Assembly (NCBI GenBank): GCA_034780895.1
Contig: JAUZTB010000062.1
Span: forward strand, 12,661,165 to 12,725,164
DNA: 64,000 nt
Direction: 5' to 3'
DNA from: Rhynchobatus australiae
Taxonomy: Eukaryota
Shown: positions 1-11,500 of the stretch, piece after piece
Layout of the letters: the number at the start of each line of letters is the position of its first letter
How positions within the stretch are numbered: the first letter of the stretch is position 1
Made by a program: the position numbers and the translations under genes
Notes under the pieces: model-generated
The model's input: the letters and a program-made list of their open reading frames with translations, nothing else
Told to the model about the DNA's origin: nothing
Databases searched by the model: none

Positions 1-2716
1 TCTCTTTATTCCTCTGAACCACTTATGACTAGAAATCAGACACACTTGTGCACATTTTTTTATGCACAGGCTTCTTGTACAATTAGACTACACTAACAAT
101 TATTTCCAAGTTGATTAGTGACTATTAAGAAATTGCTTCCATTCATGAATCACCTAAGCATGGCTGATGTTTGCCTAGCCTCACCACTGATGTCAGAGTC
201 GGCACATGTTTCCTCCACTGCCAGTAGAAACTGCAGATTCTGGGAACATCCTACCACCTTCGTTATTGATTAACAATAAAGCTAGGAGCACATTGCACAG
301 GGTTTGGGAGTAAGAAGGCAAGAAATGGGTCTACAGTGTCACATTAATGTCCTGCGCACAACTACAATTTTCAATTGCCAGCATTATGATAGATGACAAC
401 CTGGAGTCCTCTTTGGTTTAAAAAAAATCTGTTGTGACATGCACGTAGTAATCACTGGCCTAATGATCAGTCTGCCACTCACAGCAGCTTGGGGCTGCTC
501 CTGCAACAGAATTAATCATTGCCCATTCATTGTGCGGAGGACTTCCCAGGCATACTGGAGAGCAGCGTGTTCTTCACCCCTCTCCATCTCCTAAATCTTC
601 CTCCACCTCCATGACAGCCCTTTCTGCCACTCTATTGTGGCTAATGTGAGGAAAATTAATTCTTCAAGTGTTGACTCGGTTCCTAGCGGTCAGATGACTA
701 TGTCACGACACTTGTGAGCTCCAATAGTGGCACCCTGATAATGCATGAATTGTGTTATAATCACTGTTGTGTTTCTGTTTGTGTATTTCTACCCATACTC
801 ACAAGTGAGCTTGGAGTGGCTGTGAGTGTAATACATGCATATTTACTGCATTGAAAGAGGGTGAACTCCAATTTCAAGGCATTAGTTTCTTAATTTCCAA
901 GTAATAAATGGCTTCCCTGGACATCCTACCAGCACCATGTTGCTATATTGGATTGACCTCCTACCTGGTACACTGCAGACCTGTCTCTGTCTTCCTATAT
1001 TTCACAGCTGCACTTCATAGCATTGGTCCTACACTCCAGTAAGTAAACTACAAATTTTGATGCCAAACTATCAGTTTTTGAGCCTAAATAATTTATTGAT
1101 GCATAACAGTTACATTTTTGGGTTTCAGTGGGATCCCTCCAGAATTTTAGGACCAGAGTGGATTTGAGCCATTGAGAAGAGGAAGATCCCACTTCAGAGT
1201 GTGTGCATTGGCTGATCAGAATAGTAGAGTGTCACAATTCACAAAGAATGGGATGTTAGATGATAAAATGGTGAAAGACCCACCTCGGGCAATCAATGAA
1301 CAGTACTGGTGCCAGCTAATTACAGGCTCTGGCACTGATCACAATCTGCTGCAGCCAAACTGGGCATCCATCACTTTGAGCTATTCAACACCAGAATTCT
1401 TGCCTTTAATCTACCCTCCATGTCCAATATGTGACACATTCCCCGGACTGTAAAATTCCAGTTAGTGCCTTTGCTATCCTGGAGGCAGTTGGATGTCCCA
1501 TTTTCATTATACCAAGAAAAATTCAAATAGTGGTTCTATAATTTAGGGTGTGTCTTGAACTTGGGGACTTTCCATTTAGATGTAGGATGTATCTGTATCT
1601 GGTTGGAAGACACTTGCACAGGTTCTGCATTTTGCAGCATCGAATGAGAGCTTTTTAAGCTGCCTCTAGGCAGCTCCTCCAGTTGGTTTACATAACCATG
1701 GATCAACACTCAGCATAAATACTCATTTCCTGATTTTTTTTGAAGATATCAGAAGAGACAAGAATTAAATTTTGCTAATTAACCCTTTGAAGACAGTTCA
1801 TCTTCCTTATATTTTTGAAAACCCAAGGGTAAAATGTCTGTTGACAAGAAAAAAAATATTCTGAGTGGAATTTTGTAACGGCCGGGCAGTGGATCAGTCC
1901 CGAGTTTGAGAAGCGGTGGTATGTGGTGCTTTCTCTCAGCTAAGAAATAGTAAATTAGTCACTGATTTTGCTGCCCCTAACAAATAGTCACTACAAATGT
2001 GATAGGCCAAATAGCCTCTTTGTCATGTGTCCCATAAACCTTTCGATTTGTAAGCTTCCTACTTCTCTTCACTATCTAGAGACACATCTTGTAATTATTC
2101 AATATAAGAGTGTAATTTTTCATGTAGATGATGGCTGTGTATGTGTGCCTAGCATAAACCAGATTGATGGTTCTCCCAGACACTAGTCTTTGTCCTATCC
2201 AAAATTGTCCAATATATCACACCGCAGCCAACAGATTCTCACATCGCTCAAGCAGTTGGAGCTTTCCATTACCTTGGGACTGATGTGTTGCTCATTCAAA
2301 TCTCTTCCTGATCAAACAAAAATCATTGAGGATGATGAGAAAGTATTATAGCATTCAGTTTTTCAATATATCTTGGTACATGCGACAATAATGAACCAAT
2401 TACCAATGTCCTCCTCTTTCAGTTTAATCTCATGTAAGCTTGACAAAGCCTTCAATTATGAAATGGCCTGGATTGTGCTGGACCAGGCCACTTCCCAGAC
2501 TTGCCACCACCAGGTGTTCCTGGTCACCCAGACATTTTTTTCCCCAGATATAGAGAGTCAGACAACTTGTCCTCTGCATCCAAAAGGCACCTCTGATGTA
2601 GAGCTGGTTCCAAACAGCGAGCAGGCTTCAGCAATGTATCCTACAACCCTGCCTCTGGAACACCTTGATGACCTCTGACAGGCTGCCACTGAACAGATTT
2701 CAAATGTCTCTGCAAA

Positions 2717-2873
2717 TCATAGAGTCATAGAGTTATACAGCACAGAAACAGGCCCTTCAGCCCAATTTGTCTATGCCGAGCAAGATGTCAATCTGAGCTA
2801 GTCCCATTTGCCTGTGTTTGGCTCATATCCCTCTAAGCCTTCTCTATCCATGTAATATCCAATAATATTTAAA
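2717..2873 (-). mobile_element. CR1-clade (HER1-like) LINE 3' end fragment
   Basis: TCATAGAGTCATAGAG tail repeat followed by ACAGCACAGAAACAGGCCCTTCAGCCCA, the reverse complement of the typical elasmobranch CR1 3' terminus. Confidence 0.8.
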
Positions 2874-2954
2874 TCCAGCCACATTTAAAAACAATTTAAG
2901 TAGATCTACCTGATTTAAAATGAAAACTTATAAAAGGTAAATAAATTTAGTTAA

Positions 2955-3235
2955 ATTGCCTCACAGCTCCAGAGACCCAGGTTTGATCTTGACCTTGGGC
3001 ACTGTCTGTGCGGAATTTGCACCCTCTCCCTTTGACCACATGGGTTTCCCTGGGTGCTCTCTTTTCCTCCCATATCTCAAGGACATGCAGAGAGGGTTAA
3101 TTTACAGAAGCCAATTAACTCATGCAAAAGAATCAATGGGGAAAAGTGATACAGAGAATGTGTCATAGAACTACAGAGTAAAGGACAAGGGGAATGAGAC
3201 TGAAGGGATTGTTCTGCAGGGAGATGGCTGATGTC
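2955..3235 (+). mobile_element. HE1/V-SINE-type tRNA-derived SINE, decayed
   Basis: GCCTCACAGCTCCAGAGACCCAGGTTTGATC head and V-domain-like TGTCTGTGCGGAATTTGCA...GGGTTTCCCTGGGTGCTC...TTCCTCCCA. Confidence 0.75.
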
Positions 3236-4419
3236 ATTATAAGTAAGTAAAACAACTTTAAAAACTAGCAAGTAATTAAAAGCATTAAGTAAAATTATTC
3301 AAGCTCCTACCTGCATCTACTTTTATCCACAAGGTCAACAACAATAATAAAATGAATGAAATCATTTGTACAGCAGCCCTCCCTGGCATAAAGCCGAGGG
3401 CAGGATGCAAAGAAGATCCAGCTCCCCTCCACAGTGTGTCAGTGCATCAGTGCTTTGCTGCTGGGCTCTATGCTGAGTCCAGTTGCAGAGGAGGAGGTCA
3501 ACTGTATCATCTCAGATTTCTGCATTTGGCCGGGCATTCTCTGAAGTCTGAGACCTGCTCAGCAATAAGCAGTTGATGTCCCACGGTCCTTGACAGTACC
3601 ACCAGCTTTATTTAGGCCAATGACTTTCTCGATCATTCACGTTTTACTGAAGGCTGCCTGTGCCTTACCTGGACTATTGCCTGAATTATGCACATTTTCT
3701 TATCTGCAAAGCTTTGACCACTCTTCCATGGCAACCTCATTCAGCTCGTTCAAACTCTGACACTACCACTGCTGTATAAAGTGAATATTGTAAGTCCTGA
3801 ATTATATTCACAAATTAAGGTTGGGTTTGAGTCTAAATTGGGCAGATATAAACCAGTTCTCAGTCATAACTTTAGATAGTTAATATACGCTTCAATTGGA
3901 AATACTGTGGAGCAAAAGACTCGTGTACCACAGCACTCTGGTCACCTATAACACAAATTGAATTTGTTATTGCTTATAAATTGCATTAGAAAGTGCAGAT
4001 TAACTTGGAAACACTCCCTATTACAATGAGTTTACCATTAAAATAGCTTTGCAATAATGTGCTCACTGTAACTATTTTTAGAAAGCATAGGTTTGTCTTA
4101 GGAGGTCAATACTTAGACAATGCATTATTTGTATTTATTGCAGTACTTTTACAGGCACAGCTTAGTTTGAACAAAAAGTTCATTGCAAAAGGGTGCACTG
4201 AAACTACCACGAGTGCCCGTTTAAAAAGGCCAGCAAAAATGTCGCTCAGCTGGCCAAACAGCCACTTGACCAGTATAAGGACCACAATCAGGGTCAATGC
4301 AGGTAGAGAATGCAGAACACCAAGGCAGAAAGGAGAAAGAGAGCAAATTAATATTCAAAGCCGGCATAGAGGCTCACAATCCAGATCAGCTATTTCATTA
4401 ATAAGCAGACAAAGAAGCA

Positions 4420-4658
4420 TAATCACCCTCGGGCTTTTCCTATTAACCCATTTGACCTGGTCTCACTCCATCACAGATTTGACTTTTGTCCTATCCATTC
4501 TTCCCGCCACTTTCTCTGCAACTTAAAAACACCTTTTTTAAATCTCTCTTTCCCAATTCTAATAAAAGGTCTCTGACCTGAAACATCAACTCTAATTCTC
4601 GTGGCACAGATGCTGCCTGACGTACTGAGTGTTTCCAGCATTTTCTGTTTTTATTTCA
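4420..4658 (+). mobile_element. Penelope-like element terminal repeat fragment with degenerate hammerhead motif
   Basis: CTAATAAAAGGTCTCTGACCTGAAACATCAAC (4559-4590) followed by ACAGATGCTGCCTGACGTACTGAGTGTTTCCAGCA, the same terminus that follows the GIY-YIG fragment at 6.6-6.75 kb. Confidence 0.7.
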
Positions 4659-4699
4659 TTCATGACCAGAGCTGGCTACTCTCCACAGATAATCCCAAC

Positions 4700-5160
4700 G
4701 TTAGCACTGCTGCCTTAGCTCTATTCTAATCTTGGGTGCTCTGTGTGTTGAGTTTGCACTTTCTCCATATAAATGCTCCAGGAGCTCTAGTTGGTGGAAG
4801 GGAATGGATTGGTCAAAGGGAATATCTGTGACAGGTTGAGGCAAGGTCAAATTGGTTAATAAGGGCAGTTTGAGGATGGTTATACTTCTTTGCCTGGTTA
4901 TTGATGAATTAGCTGATCTGTATCACATGCCTGCTTCCATTCTCCACATTCCAAAGATATGCTGGAAGGTTGATAAGCTCCAGTAAATTACCCTTTCGAG
5001 TAAGGAAGTGGTAAAGGAATCAAAATGGGGGTTGATGGGTGTGTGTGTGACAGAGAATAAGTTGCAGGGTGGCAGGTGAATAAGCTGAGGAGGAATTGGA
5101 TCAATGGGATTGTTCTGCTTGGATTTAGAAGGAAATGGCCTCCTTCTGTGTCATAATAAG
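4700..5160 (+). mobile_element. Old V-SINE/HE1-type SINE interrupted at ~4775-4920 by an inverted fragment similar to 4420-4510
   Basis: TTAGCACTGCTGCC...TGTGTGTTGAGTTTGCACTTTCTCC, resuming at CTCCACATTCCAAAGATATGCTGG...TAAATTACCC and ending GAAATGGCCTCCTTCTGTGTC. Confidence 0.55.
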
Positions 5161-5769
5161 TTTAGGCTGTTAAATTGCAGCACAGAGATATGAATTGGGA
5201 ATTGTTGAGAACAAGCAGTAAAGATCATAAAAGTGTAAAGTCAAAGGACCATAAATTCTTTGATGCCTAAAGGGAACATTGAAGTGGTGCCACACAAGGA
5301 GTGCATGAACGTCTTGTGCGAGGCCACCAGCAGGAATACTCAAGTAAGTATGGGGACTGAGGCACAAGCACAATGGAAAGACCCTGCATGGGAAAATGTG
5401 AGCAAAGTTATTTCCAAAGCTTGCATTGGAAATTGAGATTGTTAGGAATGGGGAAGTTGTGGTTCAGAGAACACAGGGGAGCATTAGTGGGAAGGGGGGA
5501 GAGGGGGGTGGGCAGGATGGATTTTGAGTGGGTAGAGATATGGAGGGTTGGAAATCTAATTGGGTCGTTGGGGGTGGGGAAGAGATAGGACTGGGAGGCT
5601 CAAACAACATCAACAAGAACAGAACAAACACCAAGCAAGATCACAATCTCAGACCAGTAAGCCTGATCCCTATACCTAGCACCAAAGCAGGCCTTAACTC
5701 TTCTGCTTCTGTGAGAGTTTTCCACTGCTTATTGGTGAAGAATGAATAAATGAATTTTGCACAAGTAAC

Positions 5770-6752
5770 ATCAAAATGCAGGAGGTGCGACACTTGTCCT
5801 TGCACCTCCTCCTTCACCACCATCCAGGGACCCAAACAGTTCTTCAAGGTGAGGCAGAGATCCACGTGCACCCCCTCCAATCTCATCTACTGACTTTATC
5901 TGCATTGATGAGACAAGCACAAATGAGGTGACCAATTTGCAGAACACCTGCACTCATCCACAATAGCCATTCCGAGCTCCCGGTTGCATGTCATGTTAAC
6001 GCCCCTTCCCAATCCCACACCTGCCTATCCATCTGTGTCTTATACTGCCAAGGTAGTGCCCAATGCAAACAAGAAGAACACCACATATTCTGCTTGGATA
6101 GTTTGCAACCCATTGGAATTAACATCGAATTTTCCAATTTCAGCTGAGCCAAACCTTCTGTGTCCCCACTCTTTCTTTCCTTCCATTCCTCTTCCAGTCA
6201 TCTTATTTTTGTTGCCTTTTTCAAACCCGCCTCCAGCCCCCCAACTCCGATTTTCATTCCTTCTCCCTCTTGGTTCCATCTACCTACGTCCCACCCATTT
6301 CACCCACTGGATCTCCTCCCCCATCTGCTTCTTCTCCCCTTCATCTCTCACCTAATTGTCCTCATTATCCCCTTCTGTACATCAGATTCCAGCTCTGGAT
6401 GGCCCCGCATCTCACCCTCCAGCAGCTGTCTCCACCTTCGCCCTCCCCTCCACCCACCCAGCTCCATCTGTCCATTTTGTTTTCCTTCTCTGCTTCCACC
6501 CATCACTCACTCTGTCTCCCAACTCCACCTCCTCCCCCTTTCCCACTGGCTCCATCTACCCCTTCTTGGTCCACCTATCACCTACTAGCCCCTATCTCAC
6601 TCCTCTTCTCTTTATACTGACCAGCTTCCCTGTCCACTCTCAATCCTGACACAGGGTCTCAACCCAAAACATTGACAATTCCTTCCACACCTCATCACCA
6701 CCACCCCATGCTGCTTGACCTGCTGAGTTCCTCAAGCAGTCCGTTTTCCTGC
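5770..6752 (+). mobile_element. Penelope-like retroelement 3' fragment: GIY-YIG endonuclease remnant, pyrimidine-rich spacer and terminal repeat
   Basis: + strand reads CDTCPCTSSFTTIQGPKQFFKVRQRSTCTPSNLIY, then frameshifted ICIDET and DQFAEHLHS, resembling the PLE GIY-YIG region; ends with a hammerhead-like motif and ATGCTGCTTGACCTGCTGAGTTCC. Confidence 0.8.
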
Positions 6753-7563
6753 ATCAAAACGTGTTGCACACCCAGCGAGCTTACTATACATGCTCAGCAG
6801 CCTCCATGCATATGTGTGAGATATACACTAAGTAATCCAAATACATTTTGGATAATCAGAAATGGTGCAGAAAGGATCCGATCACATTTAGCAAATGGGT
6901 CTGAGATTATGTTAAAAATGTCATAACCATGAACAGCAGGTGGGTCGACTTTTAAAGAAGTCTAGTCTTTTCTACCGATCAACTCTGTATCTCCAGTCGA
7001 CTCATCCTTCTTCACTCCCAGCAAGAGAAACTGAATGCATTTTGTGAAAGGGAATGAGTTTGCTGCATAAGTAACATCAATACAATACAGAAGACGGCAA
7101 GTATATTTGCAACCTTTTTCATGAATACAATCACTGATTCTGATGGAGGCCTGAGATTTTTAACTCTGGATGGATTGAGGGTTGGTATTGATGTGGTCGA
7201 TTATATCATGGAAGAATTCAGAATCCTTACAGCAACATGCAGAAGCCTTTGAACGTAGACATCTGAAACTCTATCTTTCAACAGCAACAGGAACAGAAGC
7301 AGTTGGCTCTTAATTTGAAGCCAACTTCTTGACTAAACCAGAAGCTTTAGAAGCCCTCGAAGCCGGACTGGGCAAACACACAGGTGGGACCATTTGGATC
7401 TGCAGCAAGGTATGCATCATCTGCAGGTCCTCAAAAGACAGAGTGCGGCATTGTAGAGTTTCATACCACAATCAGAACCACACTGCTAGTGCCAGCTCAC
7501 TAAACTAATCCCACAGGTTGCTCTCTCCCACAGCTCTGCATCATCCTTTTTCTCACATACTTC

Positions 7564-7660
7564 ATTGAGTCGTACAGCAGGAAACAGGCCCTTCGGCCCA
7601 CTGAGTCCATGCCAACCCTCAAGCACCCATTAGCACAAATCCTACACTGATCTCATTTCT
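7564..7660 (-). mobile_element. HE1 SINE / HER1 LINE shared 3' tail
   Basis: GAGTCGTACAGCAGGAAACAGGCCCTTCGGCCCACTGAGTCCATGCC. Confidence 0.7.
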
Positions 7661-7714
7661 CTACTCACTGATAAAAGCTGCTTCAATCATGCCCATTGGT
7701 TAAAAAAAAAGGCC

Positions 7715-8015
7715 AGCATGCAAGGAAAGTAGGTTAACAGGATGTCATTGTTTATTGCCAGAGAAATTATGTACAAAAGTTGGGAAGTTGTGCTTCAGCT
7801 ATGTAGGGCATTTGTGGGACCACATCAGAAGCACTATGTACAGTACTCGTCTCCTTACTTAGGGAAAGGTTTTAATGCTTTGGAAGCAGTTCAGAGAAGA
7901 TTTACTGGACTGATTCATATAATAGGTGGTTTGTCTAATGAGGAAAGATTGGACAGGCTAGATTTGTATTCGCTGGAGTATAAGAGAGTCAGAGGTGAAC
8001 TGATTGAAACAATAC
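7715..8015 (+). mobile_element. CR1 LINE ORF2 C-terminal fragment
   Basis: ORF 7742: YKSWEVVLQLCRAFVGPH..YVQYSSPYL...LEAVQRRFTGLI...LSNEERLDRLDLYSLEYKRVRGELIET. Confidence 0.9.
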
Positions 8016-8296
8016 AACCACATGCAATAATGGCACACTGGACCGAAGGAGTCATTGAAACAGAACCTCGGCCACCTCTGTTACATATTGAAACAGCCAC
8101 ATTAGTAAAACCACGTCTGAAATGAACCTGTGTAAAGCACTTTTGCCTATTGATTCCGATATCACAGTAAAGGTATTGCTGTTTTGTTGGAGGTCTGATT
8201 CCAGAAGATTGTATAATTCACCTGTATCTTTCTCCCTGAGGTGCAACCTTGTCAAACAGTGGGACTAGGCTGTCTCTGGGAGATGGCAGTAAGATC

Positions 8297-8572
8297 CATA
8301 GAACATTACAGCACAGTACAGGCTCTTCAGCCCATGATGTTATGCTGATGTTTTATCCTGCTCCAATATCTCTCTAACCCTTCCCTTCCACATAGCCCTC
8401 CATTTCTCTATCATTCATGTGGCTTCATAAGAGCCTCTTAAATGTCCCTAATGTATCTGCCCCCATAACCTCTGCTGACAGTGCACTCCATGCACTCGCC
8501 ACTCTGTGTAAAAAACTTACCCCGGCATCTCCCTTATACCTTCCTCCAATCATCTTAAAATTATGCCCCCTG
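8297..8572 (-). mobile_element. CR1-clade LINE 3' end fragment
   Basis: CATAGAACATTACAGCACAGTACAGGCTCTTCAGCCCA...CCACTCTGTGTAAAAAACTTACC. Confidence 0.85.
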
Positions 8573-11500
8573 TACCATCCAGCTGTACTATGGCCCCAGA
8601 TCTCCTAATCTTCCTTAACAAGATCTGTCCAGCAACTAAAGCTGCTCATATATGACAGTGTGTGGCTCAATAATAGATATGGATGTTTGCTCACAACGAC
8701 CCTCCCCCATGCTTTGATATTGACCTTCTTGCAGACAGCTTTATGTGGGTACAAGAGCAAAAATAAAATTATAATTGACAGCTCTTATACCCATTAAAGC
8801 TAATAACATCCCCATTCTGTGCACTCAATTAAATTACACTGGGGAGGGATATTAGGGGCACTGGCAAAAATTTGTGAATGCTTCACTGCAAACAAATTAC
8901 CGCACATTCACATTTTCATCATTTCTGAAGAACTTAAGTACTTGAGTCCTATAGGAAAATATGGAAGTGATTTGATAAAAATTGAACAAACTTGAAAATT
9001 GACTGGGTAATTTCCCTTTTGACCAAACACTGCTGTGGGTGACGGATTGACTTGTGTTCACAATTTATGTGGAAGTATCCTTCACTCAGTGCATTTTCTG
9101 GGAAAATTATCCTGCTGTTATAGGGAGAAGTAGCTGTAGCTTCCATTTGCTCCATTGTTTGAAATAGATTTGGTTCTCTGAACAAATTGGGTTTGCTACA
9201 AAGTAAACTATTTGCAGAGAATCTCAAGCCCTATCTTCCTCCGCCATTTTAGTGACTGCAGTATTGTCGCTAACGCACCAAAAAATTAGTTGCAATCGAC
9301 TAAATGACAAAAGCAAGGCAAGGCAAACTGAGGTAAAGAGACACATATAGATGTAAAGTGTTAAAGTAAAATAACATGGGTAAAAAGAGCTATGGAAAAT
9401 TCAACAAAGAGAAAGTTCCAGTGTTGTAAGAATGTGAAGGATAAATGGCAAATAGATCACAGAGACGTACAACAGCCATATACTAACATCACATGCCAGC
9501 TTACTCCTCCTTACATTATATCTCAGTCTTGGTGCAGGATCAAATGAAAGGAGAAAGCTCCAAGTCTGTCAGTGGAAATATGACACAACAGTGTTTTCTG
9601 GGCAATTCACTGACAGCCTGCCCAGGGGGAGTACTGATATCCAAAATGCAAATGTTCTTGTTCTTCAGCTGTGGGCTTTGTGTTAGTGGGGGATGTAAAT
9701 ACCTTCAAGAAAGGAGGCAAAATTTAAAACAGACATGAATCTATGTATGTATAGACTACATATTAAGTGGTGGGATAAAATGGCTGTGTAACTGAAGTGA
9801 ATCTGTTGAATTTAAAACTTGCATTAGAAAAAAAGTAACATGCACACCCCACGACTTTGCAAAGAATGAAGTATGTTTGTGGTCACCATTGCAAATGAGT
9901 AAGTCTCAAAACTCAGTGCTATTCTGGATTTTTAAAAAAACAAACTTCTGAGCTTTTTAGCATATCTAAAAATTACTCAATTTTCACTGACAGGAGGGTG
10001 ATTGAAATTTTCTCATACATGGAAAATAACAAGCTATAAACCTTATGCATTCATTGTACAAGTGGGAACTGAACTTTGTGCCAGAAAATAAATTTGGCTC
10101 TTTTCGTCAATGAGGCTATCAGGAAAATTGCTTACACAATTAATGTCCACTTTTAAGAAGAAAAATCACCTGCAAAATTTTCCAGGCTGCATTATAATTG
10201 TGATCACTCCAATTATTCATAGTGCATAATGGGTATTATTTCATAAATTAACAAGCATTGGTAATATCTATGGTTGGAGATGCAGAACAAAGACAATGAA
10301 GTTCACAGTCTATTCCCAGCAAAAGTTGCAAAGAATCATGTTCTTTGCATTGAGGAACAAATGTTCTGAACAATTTTGAACAAATGTTTTGATCTGAACA
10401 ATCTCCTCCTTTATTAAAATGAAAGTTAAACGTCAGTTTTTCTTTACTATTTATATTTTTTTTGCACACCAAACCAAATCAGCTAGAAAGGACTGAGTTT
10501 TTGTAAATCTCCTTTGAGTGGTTGTTTAATGTTACCAGAAACTAGTTTATTTTAAAAATAAATTCATGCAAATTCAAAGGAATTTAAGCCACCAGGATTC
10601 ATGGACCTTTGTATCAAATAGGAGCCACAATATAGTTTAGACTTGCTCAGTAATACTGATAAACCAACAGCATCAAAGATCAGAGAGAAGATGGCGGAGG
10701 GCGGTGAGAAGGGGAAATTTTCCTTCAGGGTGTCATGATGATGTGTGTTTTAGGTCGACTTCACTAGAGCTTTATATTCCATTTATGTAACGGACCATAA
10801 ATACTAACCTTACCAGTCTGCTCTCTTACCTTACTAGTCAAGTTTCACTTGTGGAACATGAATCTTACTTTAAGCTTTGTATCAGCACATCCACGTTACA
10901 TTATAATGTTCCCTTTGAAATTGTTGAGAAATACTACATTGTGCAAAATGCAGGTTCTTTGTCATTTCTTCAGTTTGCCACAATTAATTATCAAATTATC
11001 CCCAATGCATTCAAGACACATTTCAATTAGAATTAACTGGAAAGTAGACGACCACAGCTGATTCTAGTCAGTCCTAATCCTAGGGGGACAGACTTCTTTC
11101 CCGCAAAGTTTAAAAAGCCCTCCATCTTAAGCGTTAATATGAAGCATTCACTGACTCACTGACAATCTGCACAAAAGCCTTTATTCTGCTTTATGCCCCG
11201 TCACTATTCACCTACAATTGTCTATAAAACTGTCATATCTCAAGTCGCACCTCTACTTTCAATCACGATCCATAAATCATATTGGCATAAAGTTGCGTCA
11301 ATATTTACCAATCCTGTACTTTTTCCTTAAAATAGGAAAATATACCATTATGAGTTTTCAAAATACAGGTTTGGGAGAAAATTTAATGTTTCTTTTTGGC
11401 CCTTGCGCAGTACTAAGGGAGACCGAATTCCAGATCTCTGTTCGTATAACCTGTTTACAAAGATCTATTCAAGCATGGTCTTCCATGATATTCTGATTTG

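Noticed and set aside
895-946. FQVINGFPG...HVAI resembling Harbinger transposase GFPxVxGAIDCTHVAI
   Set aside because: Too short, needs a deletion and a frameshift, and has no supporting flanking motifs
1563-1573. Canonical NF-kB site GGGGACTTTCC
   Set aside because: Single isolated motif without supporting context
4059-4526. 155-aa ORF
   Set aside because: No recognisable domain, non-ATG start, and runs into a repeat
5984-6649. Several overlapping Pro/Ser/Leu-rich ORFs
   Set aside because: By-product of the stop-poor pyrimidine-rich part of the Penelope-like element
6940-7480. Coding-like composition suggesting a pseudogene
   Set aside because: The frames I translated are interrupted and no protein similarity was recognisable
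10736-10830. ATGATGA box-C-like motif (snoRNA?)
   Set aside because: No suitably placed CTGA box D or terminal stem
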